DNA from: Perkinsus chesapeaki ATCC PRA-425
Lineage: Eukaryota > Protista > Perkinsozoa
DNA length: 40,085 bases
Reading direction: 5' to 3'
Assembly (NCBI GenBank): GCA_013115145.1
Contig: JAAPAO010000319.1
Span: 1 to 40,085, forward strand
In this document: one piece after another, positions 34,930-40,085 of the stretch
How positions within the stretch are numbered: the first letter of the stretch is position 1
How the letters are laid out: each line of letters begins with the position of its first letter
The notes under the pieces: generated by a model
The model's input: the letters and a program-made list of their open reading frames with translations, nothing else
Database searches by the model: none
Told to the model about the DNA's origin: nothing
Position numbers and translations under genes: made by a program

Positions 34930-36260
34930 TTGAACAACTCAACAGGTAGGAGTGGTTTATGCGCAAAATTCCTCCTCCCAATCCTCTATGCCTATCCGGG
35001 AGCTGAAGCCGCTACGTGTTGCGTCATCGTCACCAGTCTGTGGCTCTACCACTCCTCCGAAGATAGCAACCCACAACAGAGACCACACGGCCTCGATAAG
35101 TTGGTGAATGCTGTATAAAAGAATCATACGAATATGGTAGTGGGAGCAGCAGCAGTTCGCAGCAATGAGATAAGGGCCCAAGGAAAATCAACATAGAACG
35201 GATGATGACAATCATCACGATGATGAGATCAACAACTTGAGATTACTAAGTAACCACCATGGAGCTCTCACCACGTTAAGAGGTTTCCAGTCGAGGAAAA
35301 GAGTTGGCGTAGTTGGCATCAGCAATGACCCCAACCGCCTTATGAGCCGCTGAGCTTCACGCTCGTAACGACTCGGGCGATGTGGAGGCGGAGCCAGCCA
35401 AAGGATACACCAAAGCTTAGGTAAGACCGGATATGTTATTCTGGGCAAGAATACTTGGGGCGAACCTCTTGGATCTTGCCATGATACAGTATAAGGGAAA
35501 ATACAAGGATAGACGAAATGATGATGACGAAGATTTTCATGATGATGCTAACAACATATTTACTAAGGCAGCAGTAGTAGCAATAGTAGCAGCGGAGGAG
35601 GACTAGTGGACACCGACGATAGCAATTAGTGGTTAAATGAGCACCTTCGGAAGCAGCACCTCACAATCGCTCTGACGAATAGATGAGGGTGGTCCGCTGG
35701 TGCTCAGGGGAATAACGTAGATTTTGGGGTAGTAGATTACGTCCGCACACATGCACACCTTTTCTTGATATTAGCAATAATAATAAATGATAACATCGCC
35801 TCCGTATGGCATAATGGAGGATAATTATAGGCTGTTATTAGGGCCAATTATCGACTACTGGAGGTCATCAGCATTTCAAAGGTAGGCAGCAACCACCGAC
35901 AGGGCGGTGGTGGTGGCGGTAATAACAGCAGCAACAACAGCAATGATTATTACTACGCAGCGATAACTAACTCTTCTTCTTCAACTACTACTAGTAAGAT
36001 GTGACAACTTTGGTGATGAGAAGGCAGCAACAATACATTCGATAAGACGGGCATCGACAACGAGTAGTAGCAGTGGGGGAGGATGGGCAACAAATAGATA
36101 TCAATACAGGTGATGATGCGACAGCTGAGTTCGATACGAACCACGAGCCGCCGCATCGTTCAATAGACATCATCATCATGATAATAATAATAGCCATTTC
36201 GGACTGTACTAATCAGATAATAAGAAGCTCGCCCTCGAGAGCACCTCGTCATTGTCGATA
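34930..36260. other. Low-complexity, trinucleotide-rich (GAT/CAG/AAT/GGT) region with broken hydrophobic frames
   Basis: Many short triplet runs; no continuous or spliceable gene could be built. Confidence 0.4.
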
Positions 36261-36278
36261 ACACCGTATACATTAAAC

Positions 36279-39096
36279 TTAGAAGTACTGACAACCGGTG
36301 TGCTTCATCACTTGTCGAGCACAGTATCTGAAGGAATTCAGTTTAGGGGGCTCTTTCCGGCAATGCTTCTGCTGTTGCTGCAATCCTACATTCCTTCTTC
36401 GACACCGTCCATAATCATCTGTCTGGTGATTGAATGCCAAGCGATAGATCGGGAGCCTGACATCAAGCCAAATTGGAAAATATCAGGCGATTCGTTCACG
36501 AGCGTGGAAGGCATTAACCTCACGGGCGAGATTCTTAAACGTGTAAACAACCCTTGTAGCCTATTATCACGTTGTTTATATACAACGAACCCAAGAGTAT
36601 AAAGATAATTTCCCCAGCTTCGTGCGATAACCATCGGAAATAAAAGTCTCACCGTCATCAGGCAGAACCTCGCTGGAATCGTCGTCACTGAGGCTCGAGA
36701 GCGAACTCTCGACTGGGGATGGAACACTACGTGGGGTGAGATCGCGGGCAAGCAACCTGAACCGCCGCCGCCATCACTTCCGCATCACCAATCCTCCGAA
36801 CTCTTACCTGGCGTATATAGCGGCGATGAAGCCTCCTACAAAGCCATCACCGGCGCCGATGTCGTCGGAGATGGCAAGAGGGTCCAAATCTCTCACAGTG
36901 TGTGCGAATGCGTCGCATGTATCCGTTAAGTTGCTGCAGCAAATGACCGGGTCGGGACCTGCCGAGCAATGTCTATACGGCAAACCGTATCTGTTGACCT
37001 TGGGTCATGATAGCCCATGCGCCTGGCTTCATGAATGCTGACACGGCCTCTGCGATCTCGCGCGGGCTCATTTTAGATAGACCCGCGATACCTGCGTGAG
37101 AGTGCAGTTCCGCCGAGGTGAATCGAAGGCCTCACCGAGATGCTCGGCAAACGCGGTAAACTCCACCTCGTTCCCGAATATAACGTCACAAGCGTTTTTG
37201 GCCATATACGTCTGAAAGAGAAAAGTTAGGCGGAGCGAAGCAACTCGTTGACTTACGAAATCGTCGTTCTGGCAGGCCCAAGCAGCGCTGAGACCCGCGA
37301 AGAGCTTTGTGTAGCCAGATTTAATCTGTGGATGATTGGGGATGTATCTGAGAGGGCCGGATGGAGACGCGATCTGACGGAAATACGGTATTATTTACTC
37401 TCTGCACGCGTATCCATCCCCGCAAGCGTAAAACGCAGTCGTATAGAGTATTCTGCAGTCAGTAGGAATGCCTGTCAACAACACTGCTCCTCATTTCCAT
37501 CAACTCTGACCACCTACCTCTATCGGGACCAGCTCGGAACTCCGGCGCTACTCCCAAATCCGTAATCATCGTTCCTGAAAACAGTGCCATCCAAAAACAA
37601 CAGCGGAGCGAAGCTCTTTATTACGCTTCTTTTCCTTAAGAAGAGCGCAACATTTGCCAGTACGTCCACCGGGGAACACCTGAGCGCAGTATCCTCCCCG
37701 CCACGAGCACAGTACTGCCGCCGGTGAATCCTACCTCGAAGTCCGTCTCGAGCCCGGCCTCGACGCAGGCCTCGCGCAGTACATTAGCATATTCATCATC
37801 GCCGACACTGCCGACGATCCGAACCGACGTGTTGGCGAAGCTGACGTCCTGCAAAATAAGTAGCGCTCGCCCGGATGATCGATTATTATGCCACGAAACT
37901 TACGTTGTACTCTGGATCGGTCTCGTGGCGGTCAAACCACCACTTGACGCCTCTCAAGGAGTTCATCGCCTGCCCGCCCGCAATGCGCTGAAAGGATGAC
38001 GCTGGTGGGGACGGCGGCGGTGACAGCTGGGAGGCTTACATGAACTGTTAGCTCCCCGTCCCCCAACATTCGCGCAAACAACTTCTTATCTTCGTCGCTT
38101 CCTGAGATAAAATAAAGTGATAAACTATTGTGTTAGGAGTTATAATATAGACTATGAAGGTGAGTATTAATAGTGAAAACAAAGAGGCCTTGCAAAGGGA
38201 AAGATTTAATATGTTTATCAAGCTGATAAATAACAATACCAATTCCCTATTATATTTACCCAGTGGATAAGCTACCAGGGTTATACTATTTTATATTCCT
38301 AATATGAGTACAGAAGAGAGGAAGGAGTGTGATGAAATTGGCAGTAAGCAGTAGTAGGATAATAGTAATACCATCCGTGAGCCTCTGTGTGTTGACTTTC
38401 AAGCCAAAGCCACTAGCGTCATCAACAGTCGCAACCAAGTCGAGAATAGGGTGGTCGTATGATACAACGCTGAATGTTTCAGCTCCACCCAAGGAACAGG
38501 GACACGTCGTCGAGGAGGACATGACTGGAGTAATAGTCCTTGATAATGATGACGCCTCATCATCATCAGCGGCAGCAGCAGCAGCGACGGAGTAGTCGGC
38601 GGCAGCAGCCATACTAGAGGGGCTATTGGGAAAGAAGGGCTGACACGAATTCAAATGAAAGATGCGACAACCGAAAGATTTTCGAAAAGCTCGCCGAGGA
38701 TCATAGGAATCGACCACGTGTCAGCCCGACTAGCCCCTACCGACCACCGAACCACAACCGTCACTGCGCCAGGAAATTACTCCATGTTCCTTGGGCGTTG
38801 GTAATTACGAAAACAGACTCGCCGAGCTGACACGAAAGCCGTTCCAGAATCCCACCCGTCGTCAGTCGCTGCGTCGCTGGCTCAAGTCCGTAAGTGTTGA
38901 AGTCATCGATCGTTGCCACCAAATCAAGAAGAGGGTGGCACATGCCAACAATGCTGGCGTACTCGTTGGACAGAGCCTCCAAGCGATGCTGAGCAACCGA
39001 GACTCGCTCGTCGTCACAGGTGCTCAGCGTGGATGATGCAATGTCATCATCATCCTTTACTACGACGGGACTTGACGTGGAGGCGATTATCGCCAT
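36279..39096 (-). CDS. Adenosine-kinase-like PfkB/ribokinase-family protein with two alternative first exons (38856-39096 and 38372-38612)
   Basis: HP[LI]LDLVAT, IAGGQAMNSLR, GSVGDDEYA, TGKCCALL, VIFGNEVE, MTQGPDP, DDIGAGDGFVGGF, MKHTGCQYF* (TAA at 36279-36281). Confidence 0.9.
37230..37241 (+). other. Intronic 12-mer GCGGAGCGAAGC, copy 3 (antisense in intron 37212-37256)
   Basis: Exact match. Confidence 0.8.
37603..37614 (+). other. Intronic 12-mer GCGGAGCGAAGC, copy 4 (antisense in intron 37575-37624)
   Basis: Exact match; shares CAGCGGAGCGAAGC (14 nt) with copy 1. Confidence 0.8.
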
Positions 39097-39180
39097 GAGT
39101 TTGGAGGAAAGATGCTGCTCGAAAACGATGGAGGAGGAGAAGGAGAACTCGAGACCAATCGGTAAAATGTTAAATTGTTA
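39097..39180 (-). promoter_or_regulatory. 84-nt intergenic spacer with a polypyrimidine tract and AG, candidate trans-splice acceptor
   Basis: The minus strand reads TTCTCCTTCTCCTCCTCCATCGTTTTCGAG/CAG...CTC-ATG. Confidence 0.45.
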
Positions 39181-39681
39181 TCAGACCAAATTATGCTCTC
39201 TCTTCAGCCGCTCGATCTCGGCCTTCTGCCCCTCGGCGTCAAGCTTCTGCTGCAGACGTTTCTGACTGTAATAAAGGCACACAAGGTACCGACCTGACGA
39301 CCACCACGCGCCATCGTTGACAATGCCATCTCGCAAGGATCCCTACCTGCCACGTTGAAGCCGCTGAGATGGTCCACGGCATTCTTGGCATCATATATAT
39401 CGTCGTATATCACAAAGGCTGTCCCCTAAAATATCTCCCAGTGACGAACTACAGCGGTCGACCGGCGGCTACCTTCGTGCCGGGCGCGTTGCCTTTTCGT
39501 ATTTGCCGAATTGAGCCGAATTTGCCAAAGACATCGTAGAGTTCATCGGGCTTGATCTTGTACGGAAGGTTACGAACCTGAAATACGAAACCGTAAGATA
39601 CGCGTATCTTTTACTGGGCAACCTCACATAGATGATCCGATTAACCTCCGGAGGCAGCCGAACTCTTCCGCGAGAGGTCAT
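39181..39681 (-). CDS. SF3B6: Pre-mRNA branch-site protein p14 (U2 snRNP SF3b), RRM
   Basis: [70 protein letters not shown]; TGA at 39181-39183. Confidence 0.96.
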
Positions 39682-39827
39682 CAGGAGAAAGCCCTACTGG
39701 CCGAAAACTGTCGAGCGAGCCCCGCCCCCAACTCAAAACAGTCGATGCAAGTCCGCGGTGCTCAACGACATATCTCCACAGCGCCAACCAGATGGCATAT
39801 CAATTGACCGGAACCGCGCAGCCTCGA

Positions 39828-40085
39828 TGATGAAGACGGCAGTGGAGGTGAGCCGGAAATATGCATTTGACGTAGAGTGGTGTGGCTCACACCAAGAAGG
39901 AGTCTTCGGGCTGCTAGGTCGCGAATTACAACTCTCAATAGAGAGACGACAATCAACAACGCTTTCGCGAGGTTGACTGAATTGTGGTAGTCACGACGGC
40001 GGGAAAAGATAACAAATAGGTTAGGAGGAGATAGAGCATGGCAACCGGCGAAAAGACGTGTAGGGGCTTCAGGGCGACCGCACCA
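39828..40085 (+). CDS. Possible start of a divergent multi-exon gene running off the window
   Basis: GT...AG intron-like segments and a short open block (SLRAARSRITTLNRETTINNAFARLTELW). Confidence 0.2.

Overview
Compact, intron-rich eukaryotic DNA with mostly 44-55 nt GT-AG introns, one likely GC-AG intron and very short intergenic gaps. An apicomplexan-type Atg8 plus pepsin-like and S28 proteases point to an alveolate, most likely Perkinsus (inference). Spliced by eye, it holds: a CCCH zinc-finger gene, tRNA-Gly(CCC), a TruD/PUS7-like gene lacking the catalytic Asp (with a Tc1/mariner-type MITE in one intron), a cysteine-synthase-like gene, a Maf pyrophosphatase, a PPX1/Prune exopolyphosphatase, an intronless 1011-aa acidic ORF, about 4.5 kb of stop-interrupted unidentified frames, an S28 protease with a premature stop, two intronless atypical aspartic proteases, a GNAT, Atg8, an adenosine-kinase-like gene and SF3B6/p14. 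Most striking: (1) the adenosine-kinase-like gene has two paralogous, mutually exclusive first exons of identical length; (2) an exact 12-mer GCGGAGCGAAGC recurs in four unrelated short introns in both orientations; (3) the apparently catalytically dead PUS7-like protein has a mitochondrial-like leader; (4) overlapping A-A'-A palindromes lie downstream of several stop codons. Exon boundaries are manual predictions and no database search was run.
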